Below are positions 9,201-17,300 of a stretch of 52,483 bases of DNA, piece by piece; the stretch's first letter is position 1, and every line of letters starts with the position of its first letter. Location: the NCBI GenBank assembly GCA_040389905.1, contig JAZJZK010000050.1:12689-65171 (forward strand), given 5' to 3'. Under the pieces are notes generated by a model. That model was given only the letters and a program-made list of their open reading frames with translations. It did not search any database and had not been told where the DNA came from. Both the position numbers and the translations under genes were made by a program. The DNA is from Gemmatimonadota bacterium (GTDB taxonomy: Bacteria > Gemmatimonadota > Gemmatimonadetes > Gemmatimonadales > Gemmatimonadaceae).

Positions 9201-11298
9201 GAATCCAGCTGGAATCACCTTCAACAGTGAAGTCGTCGCACGTGGCGATGCGGCGCTCCTTGGCTCCACCGCGCTGGCTGGTGGGCGACTCTGGGTCGGT
9301 GGCTTGTTGTCGAGCGTGGCCGGCACCTCGATGGCCAGCCTGGCCGATGCGGTCGTGTACGCGAGCGGCGTGTTTCCGCTGATGTCGGGCGCCGCGCCTC
9401 CCGCGCTCTATCTCGCAACCGGAACAGTCGTCTCGGCACCGGCGGGGTCCACCACGCTGCCCGGTGCGCTCATCGTGAACAGCGGTACCACGCTCGACAT
9501 TGGCGGGAGCACGCTGACCGTCAATGGTGGCCTGACCTACGCGAGCAGCAGCAACGCGCGACTGCGCATGACCAACCCTGCCGGTCATTTCATCGTGAAG
9601 GGCGACGCGTACTTCAACGCCGTCGACATGGGGGACAACGACCTGACCGCCGGCGTGCTCGAGTTCAGGGGTAACGTCACGGTGGAACGCGATCGCTTCC
9701 AGGCCTTCCGCGCGACTGGCACACACCTGACCAGGATCAACGGCACGACACCGCAGGCGCTCTACTTCTACTATCCGCGCGACGACCGCTCCGGTTTCGC
9801 GAATCTCGAGCTCTCGAACCCAGCGGGGGTTTCGTTCTCGAGCGAGGTCGTCGCGCGCGGTAACGTGACGCTCACTGGAACCACGCCCGTGAGCGGCGGC
9901 AGGTTGTGGGCCGGCGGTCTGCTCTCGAGCGTCGCCGGAACGTCACTGGCGGGCGTCACGGACGTCGTGATTTACGGCAACGGCGTCTTCCCGCTCATGG
10001 CCGGCGTCGCACCGCCCGCGTTGTATCTCGCGACGGGAACGTTGATCACCGCACCGGTTGGCACGACCACGCTGCCGGGCGCACTCGTCGTGAACAGCGG
10101 CACGACGCTCGACATCGGTGGTAGTACGCTCACCGTCAGCGGCGCGCTCACCTACTCCAATAGCAGTAACGCCCGGCTGAAGATGAACGACCCCGCTGGA
10201 CATCTCATCGTCAAGGGCGACGCATTTTTCAATGCCGTGGACATGGGTGACAACGACCTCACCGCCGGTGTGCTCGAACTGCGTGGGAACGTGACCGTCG
10301 AGCGCGATCGCTTCCAGGCATTCCGCGCGAGCGGTACGCACCTGACGAAAATCAACGGGACAACGGCCCAAGCGATCTACTTCTACTATCCGCGCGATGA
10401 TCGCTCACGCTTCCGGAATATCGAGTTCACGAATCCGGCGGGAGTGACGTTCAATAGTGAGGTCGTTGCGTCAGGATCAGCGTCCGTGACCGGTTCGACG
10501 AACCTCGCCGGTGGGCGACTCTGGGTCGGCGCGCTCCTGGCGAGTGGGACAAATACGTCCCTCTCTGGTCTGACGGATGCCGTCGTGTATTCCGGAACGG
10601 GCGTCTTCCCATTGATTTCCGGCGGCGCACCGCCGGCACTCTACCTCGCCACGGCCTCGACGATTCCCGTACCCGCGGGATCCACGGTGTTCCCCGGCAA
10701 TCTCATCGTCAACACCGCGACGGTACTCGACATCGGCGCCAATTCGCTGACCGTGAACGGCTCGCTCGAATACTCGAACTCGAGCAACGCGCGGCTGAAG
10801 ATGAACGACGCGGCCGGACGTTTCACGGTCAAAGGTGACGCGTTCTTCAACGCCGTCGACATGGGCGATGGTGACCTCACCGCGGGTGTTCTGGAAGTCA
10901 GGGGCAACTTCACCGTCGAGCGCGATCGCTTCCAGGCGTTCCGCGCCACGGGCACGCACCTCACGAAGTTCACCGGCACGGCCGCGCAGGGGATCTACTT
11001 CTACTATTCGGCGGACGATCGCTCGAGATTCCAGAATGTCGAAATGGCGAATTCGAGCACCGCGGGAATCACCGGTAATTCTGCGATTCGAGCGGGGGGC
11101 AACATGCTTCAGTCCGGACGCCTGCTCATGAACTCGTCGCTCTCCATCGGAGCCGCTTTGAACCTCGGCGCCACCTCGAACACGACCGCAGCGAATGGCG
11201 TGACGGCGGCATCGTGCACCGCGGCCCCCGGCGCGACGTATTCGGGCTTCACCTGCGGCGCGAGCGTCCAGGGTGCGCGCGCGGCGCGACGGCCCTGA
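3202..11298 (+). CDS. Giant surface protein A (2698 aa): putative lipoprotein, Ig-like (Big) stalk, five ~205-aa C-terminal solenoid-like repeats
   Basis: Signal ending LSAVC; WTSSDPTVATVSSSGLVTA (Big_2-like); repeated SGNxQTG..PLVVEV..GVTVTF modules; five NAVDMGD..ERDRFQ repeats starting at 8383, 9001, 9616, 10231, 10849. Confidence 0.9.
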   Translation: MWRSIRESVRRHAHLLVCASLMLSAVCGDPVGPGINPQGLRASFNFAPTFPAGAAAALHAAAIDVDNVHIIIRRLDGAVVLDTIIQFPAGVNEVSLEASVLVRGASEQFSAMIQLRSGTMTLFEGTQQIEARAGVVAPQTVAVTTHYAGPGATATRVTIAPRSLPLVPGATVQLVATVADAAGTTFSGVPLAWTSSDPTVATVSSSGLVTALNKRGSTNLVVSTLSNLTDQVSASVTLPPSVSRIISGGGQTARVGSTLPQPLVVEVDAADGVPSAGVAVTFRPLSPNATVSPASGTTDASGRVSTTLTLGGSIGAQSFEVAATALPTLTVSATATPGLPTKITVVGGSGQRDTVGKPLALPLVVRVTDDFGNSLQGIPVSWTRNGGSGAVSAASSVTDATGQASVTYTLGSTAGNESIVAALDGGASATFGATALARPPTNIVATTATTQSGTVGTTGLTLSVLVTNDLAQPVSGVVVSWDAAGKATVATATTVTGPDGRASNTVTYDTTIGPATVVASFGGSAQVQFNLTAVAGQPTQFLVDAGDRQSANAGSTLPVRPAVRVLDARNNPVGAAVTFTVTGGGGTVTGSQAFTDSTGVASVGSWTLGPAGPQSLKATYGFFLIEFTATSTPVGPPQLAVTIQPNTSQQNATPLTTNPHVQLEDFAGAPLTTSGIPVTVALSSSGQTLGGALTVNTNASGVAVFSGLSILGSVGSNQMVFTSPGYTSATSAPFSITPGAPSQLVAVTSTLFTGAAGSTASPTPAVALKDVSGNPIAGETVTFAPASAASGTVTGGSAVTNASGTASPTSWTLHGTAGKDSLIATYGSVSGSPITFVATTGSTAAYFYIASGNGQTGVTGQPLAAPLVVEVQDASENLASGVTVTFTVTGGGGSPATQDVVTGANGRASFTWTLGAPGPQSVTASTGSLSVQFTATSTPAAPPQLAVAVEPNSTIQNATAFSTSPQIQLKDNAGAIATTSGVPVTVSLASESQNLVGTLTVNTNASGIAVFNGLSILGNVGTTQMVFTSSGYTSATSASFTITPGAPSQLVALTPTSMSGTVGAAASPLPSVALKDVSGNGIAGQTVTFGATSSASGTVTGGAAVTNADGAASPTSWTFDVAPGKDTLLATFGSVAGSPISFVATTSTGAATQLVVISGNAQTAVSGQPLAAPLVVEARDALGNLVSGVTVTFAVTGGGGSPSSQNVVTGSDGRASFTWTMGVAGPQSLTASAASLSASFTATSTPAGPPQLAVSTQPNATQQNATPFTTNPQVQVKDNGGALVTTAGVPVTVSLATTGQTLSGTVTVNTNASGIAVFTDLSILGTVGINQMVFASSGYTSVTSASFTVTAGVASQLAAVTSTSLTGTVGSVASPIPSVILKDVSGNPVAGQTVTFTPASPASGTVSGGSAITNSNGTANPASWTFDGTAGKDTLLATYASVSGSPLAFIATTVSGAATQLLIISGNNQTGITGQPLAAPLIVEARDALGNPVSGVTIGFAVTAGGGTPATQSVTTISDGRASFTWTLGSVGTQALRACLPSCSAQVTFNALAIPVGADAIWTGSTSTDWSTGTNWNPAVVPSSTSKVFVPTGTTFAPTLFSAASLTDLTMASGTTLTVGSQSLSVSGSLLAAGSSIVGTGTVTMTGNGKQLAGALPNLVVTGGGVITASGTTSITGTMTVTGGSVFDAGAATTTISGALTFPNSANSRLRMLNASARVVVGGDAYFNAVDMGDGELTAGVLEIKGNFTAERDRFQAFRASGTHLTKFTGTAAQVIYFYYARDDRSRFQNVEFANAQGIQFNSEVVAAGDATVLGSTALTGARLWVGRLLSTASATTLGGLTDVVVYSGDGAFPLMSGVAPPALYLATGSVVSTPAGSTTLPGALIVNSATTLDIGANTLTVNGALTYSSSSNARLRMNHPSGRMIVNGDAYFNAVDMGDGDLTAGVLELRGNVTVERDRFQSFRAGGTHLTKINGTTPQAIYFYYPRDDRSRFQNVEFANPAGITFNSEVVARGDAALLGSTALAGGRLWVGGLLSSVAGTSMASLADAVVYASGVFPLMSGAAPPALYLATGTVVSAPAGSTTLPGALIVNSGTTLDIGGSTLTVNGGLTYASSSNARLRMTNPAGHFIVKGDAYFNAVDMGDNDLTAGVLEFRGNVTVERDRFQAFRATGTHLTRINGTTPQALYFYYPRDDRSGFANLELSNPAGVSFSSEVVARGNVTLTGTTPVSGGRLWAGGLLSSVAGTSLAGVTDVVIYGNGVFPLMAGVAPPALYLATGTLITAPVGTTTLPGALVVNSGTTLDIGGSTLTVSGALTYSNSSNARLKMNDPAGHLIVKGDAFFNAVDMGDNDLTAGVLELRGNVTVERDRFQAFRASGTHLTKINGTTAQAIYFYYPRDDRSRFRNIEFTNPAGVTFNSEVVASGSASVTGSTNLAGGRLWVGALLASGTNTSLSGLTDAVVYSGTGVFPLISGGAPPALYLATASTIPVPAGSTVFPGNLIVNTATVLDIGANSLTVNGSLEYSNSSNARLKMNDAAGRFTVKGDAFFNAVDMGDGDLTAGVLEVRGNFTVERDRFQAFRATGTHLTKFTGTAAQGIYFYYSADDRSRFQNVEMANSSTAGITGNSAIRAGGNMLQSGRLLMNSSLSIGAALNLGATSNTTAANGVTAASCTAAPGATYSGFTCGASVQGARAARRP

Positions 11299-11318
11299 AA
11301 ACGCGCCTCGCTTGACGG

Positions 11319-11621
11319 CTACGGCTGGGCTTTCTGCTTCGCAGCCCAGCTCTCCGCGAGGGCCTTCTCCTTCGAGAGCGTGACGACCGCACCATTCACC
11401 GTGATCCTGATGAACGGGCTATAGTGATATCCGCCCACCAGCACGGCACGCGTCGTCCGTGAGAACACTCGCCCCGATCTCGATATCTCGTAGAGCTCTT
11501 CATACCCTGCGAGCGGTACCCGCTCCTCGAGCTCCGCATTCTTCTGCGCTCGGCTGGAGTTCTCCTTCTCGATCTTGCGCCGCCGGTTGGCGTGGTGGTT
11601 ACGGCTGTCGCGTTGGCCCAT
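11319..11621 (-). CDS. Small NUMOD4-like protein without HNH domain
   Basis: VPLAGYEELYEISRSGRVFS resembles the NUMOD4 consensus; TAGCTT 5 nt before the ATG. Confidence 0.7.
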   Translation of the reverse strand: MGQRDSRNHHANRRRKIEKENSSRAQKNAELEERVPLAGYEELYEISRSGRVFSRTTRAVLVGGYHYSPFIRITVNGAVVTLSKEKALAESWAAKQKAQP

Positions 11622-11680
11622 GACGCAAGCTAGCTCGTGTCCGTCCTGAAACTGCCATTTCTGGAGCGCATCGCCCTGAA

Positions 11681-11770
11681 TGTCATCCCGAGCGCACTCG
11701 AGGGATCTGCACGTTCAGTCTGGGTTTGTGGTGCAGACCCCTCGACTCGCTTCGCTCGCTCGGGGTGACA
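11681..11770. repeat. Complete REP-like palindrome
   Basis: Terminal arms tgtcatcccgagcg / cgctcggggtgaca; inner arms tcgagggatctgcac / gtgcagacccctcga. Confidence 0.85.
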
Positions 11771-11805
11771 ACTCTTGAATTGAATTAGCATTTTCAGGAT
11801 ACGCA

Positions 11806-12459
11806 CTAGCTCACTGGACGGCTGCCAGCGTGCCACAGTATAGCAAAGAAGTGGCAACAGCTCCCAGCCGCCACAAAGGCGTGCCAGAGTGCGTGGCCGT
11901 ACTTGATTCGCGTATCGGTCACGTAGAACGCCACGCCTGCTGTGTAGCACAGTCCCCCCGCCGCGAGCCATGCGACGCCGGACGGCGACACGTGCGCGAG
12001 AAACGGCCGGACCGCCACCACGATGAGCCAGCCCATCCCCAGATAAAGAATCGTCGACAGTCGGGGAAAGCGCATCCCTATCGTCCACTTGGCGATCACG
12101 CCCAGCGCGGCGAGCACCCAGATGATCGTGAGCATCGACCAACCCCAGGGTCCGCGAAGGGGACCGAGCATGAACGGCGTGTAGCTACCGGCGATGAGGA
12201 GGTAGATCGCGGAGTGGTCGACGACGCGTAGTGCCTGCTTGAATGGACCGGGCTTCCACGCGTGGTAGAGTGTGGACGCGAGGTACAGGAGAATCAGCGT
12301 CGCGCCGAACACAGCACCGCCGACGATGAACCACGTATCGTCGCGACGCACCCCGGCAACGACGAGCACCGGCAACGCGATGATGCTGCCGACCAGTGCG
12401 GCCCCATGGACGACGCTGTTGGCGATCTCTTCGCCGGTGGACTGTGGTCGCGAACCCAT
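11806..12459 (-). CDS. Hemolysin III (PAQR/TrhA) family membrane protein
   Basis: EEIANSVVHG, ASTLYH, DHSAIYLLIAGSYTPF, HALWHAFV; seven hydrophobic segments. Upstream extension of the ORF is not gene-like. Confidence 0.93.
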   Translation of the reverse strand: MGSRPQSTGEEIANSVVHGAALVGSIIALPVLVVAGVRRDDTWFIVGGAVFGATLILLYLASTLYHAWKPGPFKQALRVVDHSAIYLLIAGSYTPFMLGPLRGPWGWSMLTIIWVLAALGVIAKWTIGMRFPRLSTILYLGMGWLIVVAVRPFLAHVSPSGVAWLAAGGLCYTAGVAFYVTDTRIKYGHALWHAFVAAGSCCHFFAILWHAGSRPVS

Positions 12460-12528
12460 ATTCGAAATGTAAGGACCTGCCCTTCCGCTCGTTTCTCGCC
12501 TGACCGAGGCGAAGGCTTTTGCACGTTG

Positions 12529-12637
12529 TGTCGCCCTTGAGCGAAGCGAAGGGCCCGCACCTCCAGATCCGTTGGGCAGTTCCGTTGTTCCTCTGCGAAC
12601 CTCTGCTCCTCTGCGACCTCTGCGGTAAGAATGACAA
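12529..12637. repeat. Composite REP (TGTCGCCC..GAAGGGCCCGCAC plus CTCTGCG array ending GAATGACA)
   Basis: First part matches 24769-24800 and 22857-22918; second part is the reverse complement of ~21302-21350. Confidence 0.8.
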
Positions 12638-12768
12638 CGCCTCTGTCCTTGCCGTGAGGCCTGCCCACGGTCACCGCAAGCCGGACACCGCTCGCCGTGC
12701 AGCGTGACAGCCAGCGGTCGACGAGACAGATTAACAGCCCCGTGAATGACTCCCGCCAACGCAGAACC

Positions 12769-14244
12769 ATGACGCGAACACTCAGCACGATCGCCCTCCT
12801 CGCGACCTCGGCGCTTCTGAACACCGCGCAGGGACAGGACGCCGCAACCCTCGCGCGCATTCGTGACGAAGGGATGAACCGTTCGCAGGTGATCGAGCTC
12901 TTCAGTCACCTGACCAACGTCATCGGACCGCGCCTGACCGGAAGCCCCGCCTTCAAGCAGTCCGTCGATTGGTCGGTGGCAAGGCTCAAGCAGTACGGCC
13001 TCTCGAACGTGCACATCGAAGCCTGGCCGTATGGCAAGGGATGGACGCTCGAGAAACTCACGCTCGAGATGACCGAGCCGCGTTACTTCCCCATCGTGGG
13101 ATACCCGGAAGCATGGACGCCGTCGATGCCGCGCGAGGTAGTTGGTAGACCGGTCTACATCGGCGACCTCGCCAACGTCGACGCGGTGAAGGCAAAAGCG
13201 TCCGAGCTCCGCGGCGCGATTGTTCTCGCGACCAAACCGCAAGACGCCTTCATCACCAAGGACCGCCTCCAGCCCTCTGAGAGCGACACGCCGGTACCCA
13301 TCGGCGCACCGCGCGCCAACGTTGCCGCTGGCCCGGGTCCTCGCGCACAACTGCAGCAGACGCTGCACGACCTCGGCGTCGCCGCGGTGCTTCGTCCAAC
13401 GGAGGGCACCGACGGCACGATGTTCGTTCTCGGAAGCCGTACCGCATCGCCAGAGAATTCCGTTCCATCGATCATCGTTTCTGCAGAACACTACAATCTG
13501 CTGGTGCGCGGACTGCAGGCCGGCTCGCCAATCGCGCTGCGCGTCAATGTGCAGACGCGCTATTACACCGCGGATACGAACAGCTACAACGTCATTGCCG
13601 AAATCCCGGGGACGGACGCGCAGATCGGCGATGAGGTCGTGCTCATCGGAGCCCATATCGACTCGTGGCATTCCGCCACTGGCGCAACTGACAATGCCGA
13701 TGCCGTCGCGGAATTGATCGAGGCCATGCGCATCCTGAAAACACTCGGGATTGCACCAAAGCGAACCATTCGCGCCGCCATCTGGGGTGGCGAGGAACAG
13801 GGGCTGCTCGGCTCAAAGGCGTACGCGCAGCAACACTATGCTGGCGACGCCAACGCAAAGGCGCGCGAGAAGTTTTCAGTCTACCTGAACAACGATCCCG
13901 GCACGGGTCCGATCTATGGGTGGTACTCGGAGGGGAACGCGCCCGCGAAGGCGCTGTTCGACGCATGGCTCGCGCCGCTCAAGGACGTCGGTGCCCGTCG
14001 CAACATCATCGAGAAGATCGGCAACACCGATCACCTCTCGTTCATCGCACTCGGCCTGCCCGGCTTCAACAGCCTTCAGGACTACACGGCGTACGACACG
14101 CGCATGCACCACACGAACGTGGATTTCTACGAGCGAGTGAAGACGGATGAGCTGAAGCAGGCGTCGGTCGTCCTCGCCGCATTCGCGTACCAGGCGGCGA
14201 TGCGCGCGGAGAAGTTTCCGCGGGCGGCAGCACCGGTACCTTAA
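12769..14244 (+). CDS. Secreted M28-family metallopeptidase
   Basis: Signal peptide; GAHIDSW, GATDNA, GGEEQGLLGS, TDHLSF, HHTNVD metal-ligand motifs. Confidence 0.92.
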   Translation: MTRTLSTIALLATSALLNTAQGQDAATLARIRDEGMNRSQVIELFSHLTNVIGPRLTGSPAFKQSVDWSVARLKQYGLSNVHIEAWPYGKGWTLEKLTLEMTEPRYFPIVGYPEAWTPSMPREVVGRPVYIGDLANVDAVKAKASELRGAIVLATKPQDAFITKDRLQPSESDTPVPIGAPRANVAAGPGPRAQLQQTLHDLGVAAVLRPTEGTDGTMFVLGSRTASPENSVPSIIVSAEHYNLLVRGLQAGSPIALRVNVQTRYYTADTNSYNVIAEIPGTDAQIGDEVVLIGAHIDSWHSATGATDNADAVAELIEAMRILKTLGIAPKRTIRAAIWGGEEQGLLGSKAYAQQHYAGDANAKAREKFSVYLNNDPGTGPIYGWYSEGNAPAKALFDAWLAPLKDVGARRNIIEKIGNTDHLSFIALGLPGFNSLQDYTAYDTRMHHTNVDFYERVKTDELKQASVVLAAFAYQAAMRAEKFPRAAAPVP

Positions 14245-14327
14245 GGAGGCGCGGACAGTGCGGTCGCTCGCGCCGACGCGAGCTGTGATCTAGCGGCACG
14301 CCAGATCACAGCTAGGTTCCACCACCT

Positions 14328-17300
14328 ATGTCGCGTCAAACGGCAGCGACCCGTACACGTGCTCACGTTCGACTCGCCCTCTGCGCGAGCCTGCTATTGT
14401 CTGCCGTGTGCGGCGATCCCGTTGGCCCAAGCCGCGCGCCATCCCAGATGGGCGCCGCATTTTCATTTGTTCCGGAGCTCCCGCCCGGCGCGTCAGCCGC
14501 GCTCCACGCGGCGGCTATCGATGTCGACAACGTCCACATCGTCATTCGTCGCCTGGACGGGACCGTCGTCCTGGACACGGTCGTGCAGTTTCCCCCGGGC
14601 GTCAATGAGATCTCGTTTCAGGCCACCGTCCCTGTCCGCGGTCTCTCCGAGCAGTTCTCCGCGCTGATCCAATTGCGCAGCGGCGCCGTGTCCCTGTTCG
14701 AAGGAACGCAGCAGATCGACGCGAGGCCCGGCTCGAACAATTCACAGAATGTCACGGTCACCACGCGATACTCCGGCCCAGGTGCCACCGCCACCAGGGT
14801 CACCATCACGCCACGCAGCACGCCGCTGAGTCCCGGCGGCACCGTTCAACTCACTGCTGCCGTCACGGATGCCGCGGGAACGGTATTCAGCGGCGTGCCG
14901 CTGACATGGACGTCGAGCGACCCAACCGTTGCCACGGTCAGTTCCACCGGGCTCGTCACGGCGCTCAACAAGCGCGGTTCGACGAATCTCGTCGTTACCC
15001 TGCTCTCCGGCCTGAGCGATCAGGTCTCGGCGTCAGTCACGCTACCGCCTGCCGTGACGCGCCTGATCAGCGGCGGAAGCCAGAGCGGACGCGCGGGGGA
15101 GTCACTCGCACAGCCGCTCGTGGTGGAGGTTGACGCGGCGGATGGTGTGCCGAGTGCCGGTGTGACGGTAAACTTCCGCGCGACCGCGGGCGGTGGGAGC
15201 GTCGCGCCGGCATCGGCCGTGACGGATGCGAACGGACGCGCGAGCACGACGCTCACGCTCGGTGGTCAGGTGGGCTCGCAGACGTTCGAGGCGACCGCGA
15301 CGGCGTTGGCGCCCATCTCCGTATCCGCGACCGCCACGACCGCCCCAGCCGCGCAGATTGCCGGCGTCAGCGGCTCAGGGCAGTCTGATACGACTGGCAA
15401 GCGGCTCTCGCTGCCTTTCGTGGTCCGCGTGACCGACCGATTCGGGAACGCGGTCAGCGGCGCCGACGTGACGTGGGTGCGTACCAGTGGATCCGGCGTC
15501 CTCGAATCTTCATCGACCACGACCGACGCCACTGGCACGAGCGGAGTCGCGTACACGCTCGGGAGCGCGGCGGGCACGGAGACGATCGTCGCCTCCATCG
15601 CCGCTGGTGCCAGCACGTCGTTCAGCGCGACGGCGGTTGCCCGTCCTGCCTCGACAATCCGCGCGACGATGGCAACGTCCTACTCAGGACGCGCTGGTGA
15701 TCCAGGGCCCACCCTTGGCGTCATCGTCGTCGACGGTATAGGCGTTCCCGTCGCTGGCGTCCCGATCACGTGGAGCGCGACGGGTGGAGCCACGCTTGCC
15801 GGTCCTTCCACGATCACGGGGTCTGACGGGCGTACATCGAACACAGCGACGTTTGGTGCACAGGCCGGCGCGTCGACGATCACGGCGTCACTCAACGCCT
15901 CGGCCAGCGTTCAGTTCGAGTTGGTTTCGGTCGCGGGGCCACCCGCGGACATGGTCATCGTCGCGGGCGACAGGCAAACCGCAAACGCCGGCTCGGCAGT
16001 CGCCATCAGGCCTGCGGTGAGCGTGTTCGACGCGAATGGCAATCCCATCACGTCGGGGGCCGTCAACTTCGACGCAGTGGCTGGAGGCGGCACGGTCACG
16101 GGCAGCCCGGCCACCGTCGATGGCTCGGGAGTCGCAACGGTCGGTTCATGGATCCTTGGACCGGCAGGACCGCAGGCCCTTGTCGCATCGGCCGGCTCCC
16201 TTTCGGTGACCTTCACCGCAACGAGCGCGCCGGTCGGCCCACCAAAACTGGTCATCGCCACGCAACCCAGCCCGACGCTGCAAAACGGCGCGGCGTTCGC
16301 GACGCAGCCGCAGGTACAGCTCACGACCAGCGCAGGCGCGCCCGTGAATGCATCCGAGGTGCCGGTCACCGTTGCACTCGCGTCGAGCGGCCAGACGCTG
16401 GGCGGTTCGCTGACGGCATACACGAACTCGAACGGGCTCGCTGTTTTCAACGGCCTATCGATGCTCGGCAGCGTCGGCACCAACCAGTTGGTGTTCACGG
16501 CCTCGGGATATGCGAGTGCGACATCGGTCACGGTCTCGATGACCGCCGGTGCTCCTTCGCAGTTGATCGCCCTGTCACCGACATCGCTCACTGGTACAGT
16601 CGGCACGGCGGCGTCGCCCGTTCCGACGGTGGCGCTGAAGGACGCATCTGGGAATCCAGTGGCCGGGCAGACCGTAGCCTTCGCTGCGGCAAGCGCCGCA
16701 AGCGGCAGCGTGACAGGCGGTTCAGTCGTCACGAATGCGAACGGTACGGCGAGCCCGACATCGTGGACGCTCGATGCCGTACCGGGTAAGGATACGTTGC
16801 GCGCATCCTTCGCCTCTGTCAGCGGCAGCCCGGTGACGTTCATCGCGACCACGTCCAGCGGTGCTGCTACCCAACTCGTCGTTGTCAGTGGAAACGGACA
16901 GACCGGGCTCGCCGGCCAAACGCTCACGTCGCCCCTTGTCGTGGAGCTCCGTGATGCACTGAATAACCCGGTGCCGGCGGTGAGCGTGACGTTCACCGTC
17001 ACCGGCGGCGGTGGAACACCGACGTCGCAGAACGTGGCCACGGGAGCGGACGGCCGAGCGAACTTCAGCTGGACGCTCGGTCCGGCTGGACCGCAGACGC
17101 TGTCCGCTACGGCGGGCGCGCTCACCGCGCAGTTCACCGCGACCAGCACACCGGCGAGTCCGCCGCAGCTCGCCGTCTCTGTCCAACCGAACGCCTCGCA
17201 ACAGAACGCGACGCCATTCACGACCAATCCACAGGTCCAGCTCAAGGACAACGCCGGTGGCATCGTGACGACGGCCGGCGTGCCCGTCACCGTCGCACTT

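Noticed and set aside
12460..13671. 400-aa N-terminal extension of hemolysin III
   Set aside because: Antisense to the M28 gene and runs through REP elements; the family domain starts at 12459.
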